A stretch of DNA of 64,000 nucleotides. Source: a virus. Of this stretch, positions 19,171 to 26,995 are shown piece after piece. The number at the start of each line of letters is the position of its first letter. Position 1 is the first letter of the stretch. The DNA lies in the IMG/VR virus record IMGVR_UViG_3300045988_098930; one strand, given 5' to 3'. The notes beneath the pieces are model-generated. The model was not told the DNA's origin and searched no databases. It worked only from the letters and a program-made list of their open reading frames with translations. Made by a program: the position numbers and the translations under genes.

Positions 19171-19680
19171 ATGGCTATTGTAAATATAGGGGCTGGTAGC
19201 GGCTCTGAATATGGTGTATACGTTGGTACAGTTGCCCCTACTGACCCCAGCACTACTGTGTGGATTGTGCCAGATGACGAACCGACTACGATTGATGATA
19301 TAGCGGCACAGGTAGTGATTAAGCCCACGACTAATACTACATTATCAGGCGTGCTTAAAGGCGCAAATGGTAAGATGGCGCAAGCAGTGGCGGGAACAGA
19401 TTATCAAACGCCTTTAACTGCGGGTACGGATTACGCACAGCCGAGTATAACTGTAACGGTTACGTTGTCTGCAACGGGTTGGACTGATAATACGCAAACA
19501 GTGGCGGTGACTGGTGTGACTACTACTAATGCTATAATGATCGCTCCTGCTCCCGTATCTTTTTTAGCGTATTGTGATTCTCAGGTACGGGCAACAGCGC
19601 AGGCGGCTAATGCGCTTACATTCGCTTGCGAAGATGCGCCGACTGAGAATTTGACTGTGAATATTTTGATTATGAGGTGA
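19171..19680 (+). CDS. tail fibre-like protein (paralogous C-terminal domain)
   Basis: ATG 19171 after AGGGGTGA. C-terminus TLSATGW..QTVAVTGVT..LTFAC matches the upstream fibre. Confidence 0.5.
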   Translation: MAIVNIGAGSGSEYGVYVGTVAPTDPSTTVWIVPDDEPTTIDDIAAQVVIKPTTNTTLSGVLKGANGKMAQAVAGTDYQTPLTAGTDYAQPSITVTVTLSATGWTDNTQTVAVTGVTTTNAIMIAPAPVSFLAYCDSQVRATAQAANALTFACEDAPTENLTVNILIMR

Positions 19681-19687
19681 TTGAACT

Positions 19688-19978
19688 ATGCTTTTTAATG
19701 CAAGTGATAGTGGGCCGCGCAATGTTTCTTCCCTCCCCGCCAGCGGCGCGGCACTGACGGCAAATACTATATATAATGCATCTTCTCCTGTTGGTACATA
19801 TGTATTCACCCCTCCCGCATCCGGCTGGGCGCATGGCACATTTACTACGGGTAGTAGTGTATCGGTGTCATTTAGTGGCACATTCATTGGCGCGGCCCCG
19901 GCAATAGAGGCAAACAAGACCTATGAATTTGATGTATACAATGGCGTGTGGGCAGTACAGGAGGTTGTGAGCGCATGA
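19688..19978 (+). CDS. hypothetical structural protein
   Basis: 96-aa ORF in the array. Confidence 0.45.
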   Translation: MLFNASDSGPRNVSSLPASGAALTANTIYNASSPVGTYVFTPPASGWAHGTFTTGSSVSVSFSGTFIGAAPAIEANKTYEFDVYNGVWAVQEVVSA

Positions 19979-20343
19979 TACCTATGCTACGAAGGAGGCT
20001 GATGAGCAACATGGCAAAGGCGAAAAATATAGCAACGGGAACGATAGATGCGGGAAATTCCCATTTGACAACAATATCAATATCTGCTCAAACAGGCTTT
20101 AGACCCGACCATGTTGCGGTGTTTATAGCGTCAGAGAGGGCGGAATCAGCATTACAATTTCATGTTTTGAGTACATACGATGGCAACGTATTATGTTTTG
20201 ACATGGATACATGGTATATGAACGCATCATCCGTTCAGTTTACTGTGAACGACAGCGGGTTCACGATTGCAAACGTTAAGGTCGGCTCGGATAATCAAGT
20301 TTACTTTACCGGCACTTACCGCTATGTAGCATGGCAAGAATAA
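19975..20343 (+). CDS. hypothetical fibre-module protein with MIPMLRRRLM N-terminus
   Basis: ATGA overlap with the upstream stop, in frame with track ORF 19948..20343. Confidence 0.5.
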   Translation: MIPMLRRRLMSNMAKAKNIATGTIDAGNSHLTTISISAQTGFRPDHVAVFIASERAESALQFHVLSTYDGNVLCFDMDTWYMNASSVQFTVNDSGFTIANVKVGSDNQVYFTGTYRYVAWQE

Positions 20344-20417
20344 AAAGGAGCATACTATGTGTAAAATAATTCTATCGGGGGGGGCAGCCTCCGTAAAATA
20401 AAAAGCGCCTACGCGCT

Positions 20418-21311
20418 ATGATACCATTGCAGTTTGCCTTACGGCGCAGAATGATGATGGCAGGGGGAGGCTTACTGCCAAGTGGATTTACCCTCCTTGC
20501 GTGGATAAAAGGCACAGGTACACAGTACATTGATACCGGGTTTGTGGTTAATAAGTCCGATAACTATGTGTTAGAAATAGACGGGTTATTTCCTTCGCAG
20601 GCGCAGGTGTATCAAGGTTGCAATGGCTATATGCAGTTTTTCACCAGTAGTAAATATGGTATAAGTGGCGATAGCTCTGTTGCAGTTGGTAATCGTAATA
20701 CCGTGCGCGTAGAGTACGCTAATCAAACTGAAAAACTCTTTGTAGACGGAGCACAAATAGAGAGTAAACTGTGGTCAGCATACAATGGTTCTAATGTAAA
20801 ACTTGCATTATTACGCATGGGCGATGCCAACAACGGGTGGTACAATGGGGCAGCAGCTCAAGGTACGATATACGGTTATAAGGTGTGGAAGAACAATATC
20901 CTTGTTTCGGAATGTGTACCTTGTATACGTAATAGCGATGGTGCTGCCGGAGTGTATGATGTTATCCGAGAACAGTTTATTACTCCTGTCAACGGTGTGT
21001 TTTTGACTCCTGATGGCGTCACTTATACGGTTACTACGAACTATATACCGGTTGCCGGACTTGTAACAGTAAACGGTTTAGATCTTCCGGTTAGTAACTC
21101 AACCACAATTTACGCCGTTCCTTCCGGTGTGACAATCATTCTCCGTGCTCGTAGCGAGAGCACAAGCCAACTGGATATAACCGTGGATGACGTGGTTGTA
21201 GCAAGCGCATCACCGTTTCAGAGTGTCAGCTATACGTATGCCGTTACTAAAAACTGCACTGTACACGTATCCAATTCGGCAGCCGGCCAACGCTCATGGA
21301 TAACAACGTAA
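20418..21311 (+). CDS. hypothetical fibre-module protein with MIPLQFALRRRMMM N-terminus
   Basis: 297-aa ORF. The N-terminal Arg-rich motif is shared with 19975 and 22466. Confidence 0.5.
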   Translation: MIPLQFALRRRMMMAGGGLLPSGFTLLAWIKGTGTQYIDTGFVVNKSDNYVLEIDGLFPSQAQVYQGCNGYMQFFTSSKYGISGDSSVAVGNRNTVRVEYANQTEKLFVDGAQIESKLWSAYNGSNVKLALLRMGDANNGWYNGAAAQGTIYGYKVWKNNILVSECVPCIRNSDGAAGVYDVIREQFITPVNGVFLTPDGVTYTVTTNYIPVAGLVTVNGLDLPVSNSTTIYAVPSGVTIILRARSESTSQLDITVDDVVVASASPFQSVSYTYAVTKNCTVHVSNSAAGQRSWITT

Positions 21312-21330
21312 TATGTAAAGGAGCAATACA

Positions 21331-21666
21331 ATGCTAAACACAAACTATGCCAAGCTGGCGGGCGGGTATCCCGAATATTTACGCCTGCCGGTTGAGTTGC
21401 AATCGCCGCTTATAATCAACGGTGTGACGCACCCCGCAGGGGCGCACCTCTCCACCAATGACGATGCGGCAATAAAGGAGATAGGCTATAAGCCCGTGAT
21501 CCGTTCCCCCATGCCCTCAAAGGAGGGCTTTTATTATACCGAAGTGTGGGAGGACAGCGGCGAAGCGATAGTCCAGAGCTGGACGGAGCATGAGGCGCAG
21601 GCCACCACGCAGGACTATATAGACGCGCTTGCGGAGCTGGGGGTGAATGTGAATGACGCGCAGTGA
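21331..21666 (+). CDS. hypothetical protein (GC-rich island)
   Basis: 111-aa ORF. Visibly higher GC than its neighbours. Confidence 0.5.
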   Translation: MLNTNYAKLAGGYPEYLRLPVELQSPLIINGVTHPAGAHLSTNDDAAIKEIGYKPVIRSPMPSKEGFYYTEVWEDSGEAIVQSWTEHEAQATTQDYIDALAELGVNVNDAQ

Positions 21667-22066
21667 ACTTATGGCGCTGGTAGCCGTGCGTAAAGCGGAA
21701 ATCGAGGCGCACGAGACCGACCTTGTAGAGGTGCTGACGGCGGCGCGGGCGGGGCTTACCCCCACCCCCACGCAGGGCGCACCGTGGGACGCTGAAACCC
21801 GCTATATAGCCGGGGATACCGTTGAGGGATATGTCGCCCTCAAATACAGCCGCAATAAGCCCCCTGCCGAAAACCTCGGCACATATTGGGCGGTGCAGAC
21901 CGTGACCTATCCCGCGTGGGGCGACATCGAGGACGGCACGGTGATTGAGGTAGACACCATAGTGACCTACAACGGCAAAACGTGGCAATGCACCGAGCAG
22001 CACATCAAGTCCACCGTTTACAAGCCCAAGGCCGGCAGTACCAAGTGGACGGAGATCGCAAGTTAG
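21653..22066 (+). CDS. hypothetical protein with CBM5/12-like aromatic C-terminus (GC-rich island)
   Basis: YNGKTWQCTEQH...KWTEI and YIAGDTV...YWAV resemble small carbohydrate-binding modules. Confidence 0.45.
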   Translation: MTRSELMALVAVRKAEIEAHETDLVEVLTAARAGLTPTPTQGAPWDAETRYIAGDTVEGYVALKYSRNKPPAENLGTYWAVQTVTYPAWGDIEDGTVIEVDTIVTYNGKTWQCTEQHIKSTVYKPKAGSTKWTEIAS

Positions 22067-22078
22067 CGGGGTGATTAT

Positions 22079-22453
22079 GTGTCAATTATGAAAATCAAAG
22101 ATGCCGTTACCGGCGACTGGCAAGAAGTAATAGCGCTTCAGGGACCACCCGGAATCTTTACTCGTAATACTTATACGGAAAGCCCAACTACCATAACATT
22201 AGCCGATGCCAACGAGTATTATCTTACCAATGTTTCTAATATAGAATTTTTGTGGCCGTCCAACCAATATTTTGAGTGTTGGGTCACATTAACCCTATCC
22301 AATGAGGCCGATCATATCATTGCCTTTCCAGAAGATATGCGTCAAATTGGTGATACGCCTCATTGGAATACTCCGGGTGCAACTTTTGAAATCTCCATTA
22401 AAGATAAAATTGCGATATTTAAGAAAGTAGTTGAACCTAACGTTGCAACTTAA
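22079..22453 (+). CDS. hypothetical structural protein
   Basis: GTG 22079 after GGGGTGA; alternative ATG at 22088. 124 aa. Confidence 0.45.
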   Translation: MSIMKIKDAVTGDWQEVIALQGPPGIFTRNTYTESPTTITLADANEYYLTNVSNIEFLWPSNQYFECWVTLTLSNEADHIIAFPEDMRQIGDTPHWNTPGATFEISIKDKIAIFKKVVEPNVAT

Positions 22454-22465
22454 AGGCATTAACTT

Positions 22466-22846
22466 ATGGATAGACGTTTTTTTAAACAACGTAGAATGTT
22501 ATTGCTCCCAAGTGTAAATTTAACTATCACATTAACCGGCACATGGGATAATTCTGGAACATTTGGCGAATGTTATGTGAAGATTAACAATGAGATAATT
22601 ACCGAAAACGGAGTTTATACCGTTTGGGAAGGTGATATTGTAATTTTGCATACAAAGATAAGCCCCATCATGGGCGGAAGCGAGAATTACGGTATATTTG
22701 TGAATAACAAGTGCGTGAGGACAGCGGCAAACTGCGTAAATCACGGCCCGGACTATGGATATACCGTCACGCAAAACTGTACGATAAATGGTCAGGGCAA
22801 TGTACACGCAAGGGGCGGCTATGCCAGGATAGACGTCACGACTTAA
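22466..22846 (+). CDS. hypothetical fibre-module protein with KQRRMLLL N-terminus
   Basis: 126-aa ORF. Confidence 0.45.
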   Translation: MDRRFFKQRRMLLLPSVNLTITLTGTWDNSGTFGECYVKINNEIITENGVYTVWEGDIVILHTKISPIMGGSENYGIFVNNKCVRTAANCVNHGPDYGYTVTQNCTINGQGNVHARGGYARIDVTT

Positions 22847-22882
22847 TATCAATGTTTTTATGAATGTAAGAAAGGAACTCAA

Positions 22883-23716
22883 ATGAAGAAAATTGTAGCA
22901 ATAATTGTAACTCTGATGATGATACTTGCGATGAGCTGTGCGTTTGCTTTCGATTGGAGCAATGTCACTGTGCAGTCTGCGGGTTGCGACAAATACAATG
23001 TTGTGCTGTACAAGCTGGAACGTGTTGAGGGAATCAATGGCGACTTCTTCCGCATAGCAACTAATAGCACCGCTAAGATTGGTGATACCGTATACTTTGG
23101 CGGCTATGCTGTGGGCGAGAACTCTGTGCAGGCGTTTGCCAATGCGTTTCTAATGGAGGACTATAAGCTGATTGATCTGGCTCGTATAACCGAGGTTACT
23201 ACTACCAAGTTCGAGGAGGATGCCGTTGGTGGTATCACTACCCCCATCTTCTCTGCTAAAGTTATCGGCAATGACCCCACCGTTAAGGTTGTGCTGAAGT
23301 CCGGCAATGATGTAACCGAATGTACCTATAAGGGCCAGCAGATTGTTGCTTCTGCCGACGCTACGCAGGTTAAGTTAGGCGATTTTACTTTTGTCCGCAA
23401 TCTGGCTAATGGCATGGTCAGCGAAGTGTATTACGATCAAAACAAACTGGACAAAGCTCTGATGACTGCCGCCGACTATGAGAAGGCAATAGCGGCTCTT
23501 AGCGTACTGAATATTACCATAACTGATGTTGAGAATCTGACAATTTGCATGAGCAACGATAACATCATTAAGAATTTCGGTAATTATTGCGAAACCACCA
23601 AGTCTATCTGCTGGGGTGCGAAGTGCAAGGTAGAAATCGCTACTATGGAGATTCCTAAGACTGGTGATATGCCCTTGTGGGTAGAGATACTGAACTTCCT
23701 CGGTATCGAACTGTAA
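22883..23716 (+). CDS. secreted protein (signal peptide), C-terminal IPKTG-like motif
   Basis: N-terminus MKKIVAIIVTLMMILAMSCAFA is a typical signal peptide. C-terminus is EIPKTGDMPLWVEILNFLGIEL. Confidence 0.55.
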   Translation: MKKIVAIIVTLMMILAMSCAFAFDWSNVTVQSAGCDKYNVVLYKLERVEGINGDFFRIATNSTAKIGDTVYFGGYAVGENSVQAFANAFLMEDYKLIDLARITEVTTTKFEEDAVGGITTPIFSAKVIGNDPTVKVVLKSGNDVTECTYKGQQIVASADATQVKLGDFTFVRNLANGMVSEVYYDQNKLDKALMTAADYEKAIAALSVLNITITDVENLTICMSNDNIIKNFGNYCETTKSICWGAKCKVEIATMEIPKTGDMPLWVEILNFLGIEL

Positions 23717-23730
23717 GTTATCGAATAATC

Positions 23731-23766
23731 AGGCGGGTGTCTTATGAGATGCCCGCTTTTTATTTT
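23731..23766 (+). terminator. rho-independent terminator
   Basis: GCGGG (23733-37) / CCCGC (23752-56) stem followed by TTTTTATTTT. Confidence 0.55.
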
Positions 23767-23784
23767 GCCGCAAAGGAGGTTCCT

Positions 23785-24828
23785 GTGAACGCGAAAGTAT
23801 ACAATCAAACGATGCGTAATGCGTTTCACGCCAAGGGCTATAAGGGTAAACATATCATTTTTGCCGTTATAGACAGCGGTGTAAATCCTGTGGGCTGGCT
23901 CAAGGGGAAGGTACGGTATTCATCCTTATTCCCCGCCACAGACACAAATGGACATGGCACATTTGTAGCTGGGCAGCTCATTGAATGGTGTCCTGAAGCT
24001 GCTGTTCTGTCCTACAACGTATTGCCTAATGGCACTGGCAAAGTGTCTGACACCAATGCCGCTTTAGCCGACATTCTGAAACGTGTTAAGGCTGACACTT
24101 CACACCAATATATAGTCAATATGTCTTTAGGTGGTGGCGGCAGTGCCGTGAATCCGTCCATTGTGCAACAGGGCAAACTCATCTCCCAGCTTGTTGATGA
24201 AAATGTGCCGGTGTGTGTGTCGGCTGGCAATGATGGCAAGGAAGCGAAGTTGGATGTTTGGCCGAGTTGTTTTCACGACCCTGTGTGTGTCGCCGCTATT
24301 AACGACAATGGCGCAAAAGCCAATTTCAGTACATGGCACAACGAGATGGATGTTGCCGATGCTGGCGTATCTATTAAGGGATTAAGCTACACTGGTGCGT
24401 CTGGCGTATATATGTCTGGCACTTCTATGTCTGCGCCTAATGCGGCAGGCAAGATCGGTTTGATTATGAGCAAGTATTATACCGACAATGGAGATTGGCC
24501 TTCGGAGCCTGCGGTGTATGACACGCTCAAGAATAACTGCATTGACCTTCACAAAAAGGGCTATGACCCCTATACCGGTTATGGCTTTGTTTATATGGAT
24601 GGCTCAGTGGGTGTACAAGCAACATACGGCATTTGCGCCAAGACGACTGGCAATGTGCGACTTCGCCAAGGGGCAAGCACTCTTACCGCTTCTCTGGCGG
24701 TTGTGCCTAAAGGTACACCTATTATTGTTTGCGCCCATAATGCAGGCTGGCACAAATGCACGGCGTTTATCGGTGGCAAATGTGTAGTCGGGTATATGAG
24801 TACCAAATATGTGAAGGAGGTGAAATAA
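23785..24828 (+). CDS. subtilisin-like (S8) serine peptidase with C-terminal SH3b-like domain
   Basis: GTG 23785 six nt after AAGGAGG. Triad motifs AVIDSGV (Asp), NGHGTFVAG (His), GTSMSAPNAAG (Ser). No signal peptide. C-terminal NVRLRQGAS...GYMSTKYV is SH3b-like. Confidence 0.75.
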   Translation: MNAKVYNQTMRNAFHAKGYKGKHIIFAVIDSGVNPVGWLKGKVRYSSLFPATDTNGHGTFVAGQLIEWCPEAAVLSYNVLPNGTGKVSDTNAALADILKRVKADTSHQYIVNMSLGGGGSAVNPSIVQQGKLISQLVDENVPVCVSAGNDGKEAKLDVWPSCFHDPVCVAAINDNGAKANFSTWHNEMDVADAGVSIKGLSYTGASGVYMSGTSMSAPNAAGKIGLIMSKYYTDNGDWPSEPAVYDTLKNNCIDLHKKGYDPYTGYGFVYMDGSVGVQATYGICAKTTGNVRLRQGASTLTASLAVVPKGTPIIVCAHNAGWHKCTAFIGGKCVVGYMSTKYVKEVK

Positions 24829-25644
24829 GTGTACGACGTAACGAAGTTTATAGAATTTGCTTTGAGCCATGCCAAACGTGCGTCTGTGCCGGAAGGGGCT
24901 AAACTGCTTGTACCGCTTAATAAGGTAGGCGTTGCCGGTGAATGGGAATACCTCTTTGGCACTACTGGCATTGTTTGCACTCAGTCGAAACTCGACCAGA
25001 AGTGGCGCACATATTACAAGCCTAATGGTTGGACGCTGGCTAACTATAAGGCAGCTACTAAGAATTGGGTGGCCGAAAAGCGTATTGTGTGTGACTGTCA
25101 GGGTTTGTGTGACTATTTCCTTAAAAATGACACCAACGCTAAAGGCAACTACGCTCGATATTGCACCGCCAAGGGTTCCACTAAGACTATTACACGCAAA
25201 TACGTTATTGGCGAAGCGGTCTTTAAGGGGTCTGCTCCCGGCTCCATTACCCATGTAGGTTGGATATGCGGATTTATGCCTGATGGCGAACCGCTGGTGG
25301 TTGAGGAAAAGGGGCTTAAATATGGCTGTGTAGTTACTCGCCTGTCTCAAACTGCATGGACTTATCGTGGCTTAATGACTAAGAAGTTTAAATACGAGAA
25401 TGTGCCGAGTGAATCGGCCACGCCCTCCATGCCTGTTAAGGATACCACTTATCACGGTCAGATTATGGGTAATGTTTATCTCCGTACTGCTCCCAGCGTC
25501 ACTTCCTCAAAAGTGATGGTGCTGCGTAAGGGCATGAGGGTTCTGGCTACTCCTTACAATAACGAATGGGCGCAGGTAGCAACGTATGTGAATGGTATAT
25601 CCCGTACTGGCTACGCCTCGATGAAGTATATAAAAGAGTTATGA
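24829..25644 (+). CDS. NlpC/P60-type endolysin with C-terminal SH3b-like domain
   Basis: CDCQGLCDYF (Cys motif) and ITHVGWICG (His motif). C-terminal NVYLRTAPS...GYASMKYI is SH3b-like. GTG start. Confidence 0.65.
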   Translation: MYDVTKFIEFALSHAKRASVPEGAKLLVPLNKVGVAGEWEYLFGTTGIVCTQSKLDQKWRTYYKPNGWTLANYKAATKNWVAEKRIVCDCQGLCDYFLKNDTNAKGNYARYCTAKGSTKTITRKYVIGEAVFKGSAPGSITHVGWICGFMPDGEPLVVEEKGLKYGCVVTRLSQTAWTYRGLMTKKFKYENVPSESATPSMPVKDTTYHGQIMGNVYLRTAPSVTSSKVMVLRKGMRVLATPYNNEWAQVATYVNGISRTGYASMKYIKEL

Positions 25645-25928
25645 AAATTCCACGACTAAATCAAAGATTTGCTACCAAGTGCCTGATATTTATTGCCATT
25701 TTCCTATGTGTTTTTACTGTGCTACAATATGCCAGCTTTATGATTACCGGCATGGAACAGACACAACTTATTGAGTCTGTCTTTACGGTGATCGGCTTAG
25801 AGTGCGGCTGTCTGATACTCAAACGTATATGCGATGTGGTATTTAAGAAAAAGAAAACGCAGGATGAAGTGCCTGAATTTGAGGATTTCCCCGATATGAA
25901 CGATGACGGTGAGGATATAGCCGGTTAG
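25641..25928 (+). CDS. holin-like membrane protein
   Basis: ATGA overlap with the endolysin stop. Two hydrophobic helices, then a charged tail KKKKTQDEVPEFEDF. Confidence 0.55.
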   Translation: MKIPRLNQRFATKCLIFIAIFLCVFTVLQYASFMITGMEQTQLIESVFTVIGLECGCLILKRICDVVFKKKKTQDEVPEFEDFPDMNDDGEDIAG

Positions 25929-25939
25929 AAAGGAATGTT

Positions 25940-26332
25940 ATGAGTATAGATTGGACTACTATTATTGCGACAGCGCTGGAATCGCTAATACCCCTTGTAA
26001 TGACTGTGCTGTTTTATCTGGCACTGCGCTGGCTGAAAAGCAGGGGTGCAACCAGCGACCAGATACAGTTAGCTACTGAGGCTTGGAAAATATTCCAGAG
26101 CTGTGTGCTAAGTGTAAATCAAACCTTTGTTGACGTGCTAAAGGAACAGGGCGCGTTCGATGAGCACGCACAGGAGCTTGCCCGTATTAAGTGCAAGGAA
26201 CAGTTTGAGCTACTTATTTCTGAGGAAATGAAGCTGGCTATCAATGCGCTGTACGGTTCTCTTGACGCATGGATAGATGCCAACCGTGAGGCAATGGTTT
26301 GGCAGGCAAAGCAGGATAAGAAAACTGCATAA
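25940..26332 (+). CDS. membrane protein (one N-terminal TM), lysis-cassette associated
   Basis: WTTIIATALESLIPLVMTVLFYLAL, then a helical domain. Confidence 0.5.
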   Translation: MSIDWTTIIATALESLIPLVMTVLFYLALRWLKSRGATSDQIQLATEAWKIFQSCVLSVNQTFVDVLKEQGAFDEHAQELARIKCKEQFELLISEEMKLAINALYGSLDAWIDANREAMVWQAKQDKKTA

Positions 26333-26347
26333 TGAGAGGAGGTCTGT

Positions 26348-26764
26348 ATGGCCGAACAATTATCCATAGCTATATATAGCGGCATTGGTGTGGCCGCTGT
26401 AGTAGCTATTAAAGAAGTCATTATGTGGTGCTTAAACCGCAAGGCCCACAAAGAAGATGCGGAAGCGCAGTCTGCGAGTGACACTCTGGAAAACAAACTG
26501 GACCAACTGCAAACAGATGTTACGACACTGACCACTACCATGGTCGCGTTTGGCGAAGCACAGAAACGGCAAGACGCAGGGCTAATAGAGATGTTGTCCT
26601 GCAATATTGACCACTTATGCGATAAATACATTCTACGCAATGGCGTGCGCGTGTCAGAATTGGCGGCGTTAGAGCGTATGTATGAAGCGTATCATAGGTT
26701 AGGTGGCAACGGATACTTAACTCATCTGATGGAACGTGTGCGGACACTGCCCATAATCTCCTAA
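26348..26764 (+). CDS. membrane protein (one N-terminal TM), lysis-cassette associated
   Basis: IAIYSGIGVAAVVAIKEVIMW, then a helical domain. Last + strand gene. Confidence 0.5.
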   Translation: MAEQLSIAIYSGIGVAAVVAIKEVIMWCLNRKAHKEDAEAQSASDTLENKLDQLQTDVTTLTTTMVAFGEAQKRQDAGLIEMLSCNIDHLCDKYILRNGVRVSELAALERMYEAYHRLGGNGYLTHLMERVRTLPIIS

Positions 26765-26770
26765 ATACAA

Positions 26771-26816
26771 ATAGGGAACCTACTGGCCCAAAAGGCTGGT
26801 AAGTTCCCTATTTTTT
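26771..26816 (+). terminator. strong terminator hairpin, copy B of the ATAGGGAA...TTCCCTAT-T6 family
   Basis: About 18-bp stem (one mismatch, two G.U pairs) with loop CAAAA, followed by TTTTTT ACTC. Ends the + strand late operon. Confidence 0.7.
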
Positions 26817-26880
26817 ACTCAATATGCTAAGGTTTATGCACACTAAATAAGCATTAACATAGTAAGCGATGACGTGTCAG

Positions 26881-26930
26881 GTCTGCCAATCTGAGTCGAT
26901 GGTATCGACCGTGGTTCTGGTTTGGCAGAC
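26881..26930. other. candidate attP for the serine integrase
   Basis: 50-bp imperfect inverted repeat. Outer arms GTCTGCCAA / TTGGCAGAC are perfect; 15 of 25 positions are symmetric. Contains the inner palindrome GTCGAT-GGT-ATCGAC. Lies 66 bp from the integrase stop. Confidence 0.3.
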
Positions 26931-26946
26931 TTAGAGTAAAATTGGC

Positions 26947-26987
26947 CCATATTTTTATCAGTTATAACTCATAAAAATATGGTTTTT
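26947..26987. terminator. AT-rich hairpin between attP candidate and integrase 3' end
   Basis: Perfect 12-bp arms CCATATTTTTAT / ATAAAAATATGG with a 12-nt loop. TTTTT follows on the + strand. Confidence 0.4.
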
Positions 26988-26995
26988 CGATGGTC

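Noticed and set aside
18615-19328. Long antisense ORFs opposite well-supported genes: 18615..19328 (237 aa), 24604..25350 (248 aa), 44345..45118 (257 aa), 1254..1916 (220 aa), and many of 60-130 aa.
   Set aside because: These are shadow ORFs. They lie antisense to genes with recognisable motifs or consistent operon structure. Their composition is low-complexity or unusual, and they lack SD sites.
20357-20417. The G8 run in the mini-ORF upstream of gene 20418, considered as a second slipped-strand switch.
   Set aside because: Changing the tract by one G in either direction does not fuse ATG 20357 to the downstream ORF. With 7 G a stop appears, and with 9 G the frames still differ.
21416-22003. 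195-aa minus-strand ORF, Pro/Arg/Gly-rich.
   Set aside because: It is an artefact of the GC-rich island, where stop codons are rare. It is antisense to two + strand genes that fit the operon.
23677-23784. The N-terminal extension of the S8 peptidase ORF (MGRDTELPRYRTVSYRIIRRVSYEMPAFYFAAKEVP).
   Set aside because: It overlaps the upstream gene and reads through a terminator hairpin. A strong AAGGAGG-GTG start at 23785 sits just before the conserved domain.
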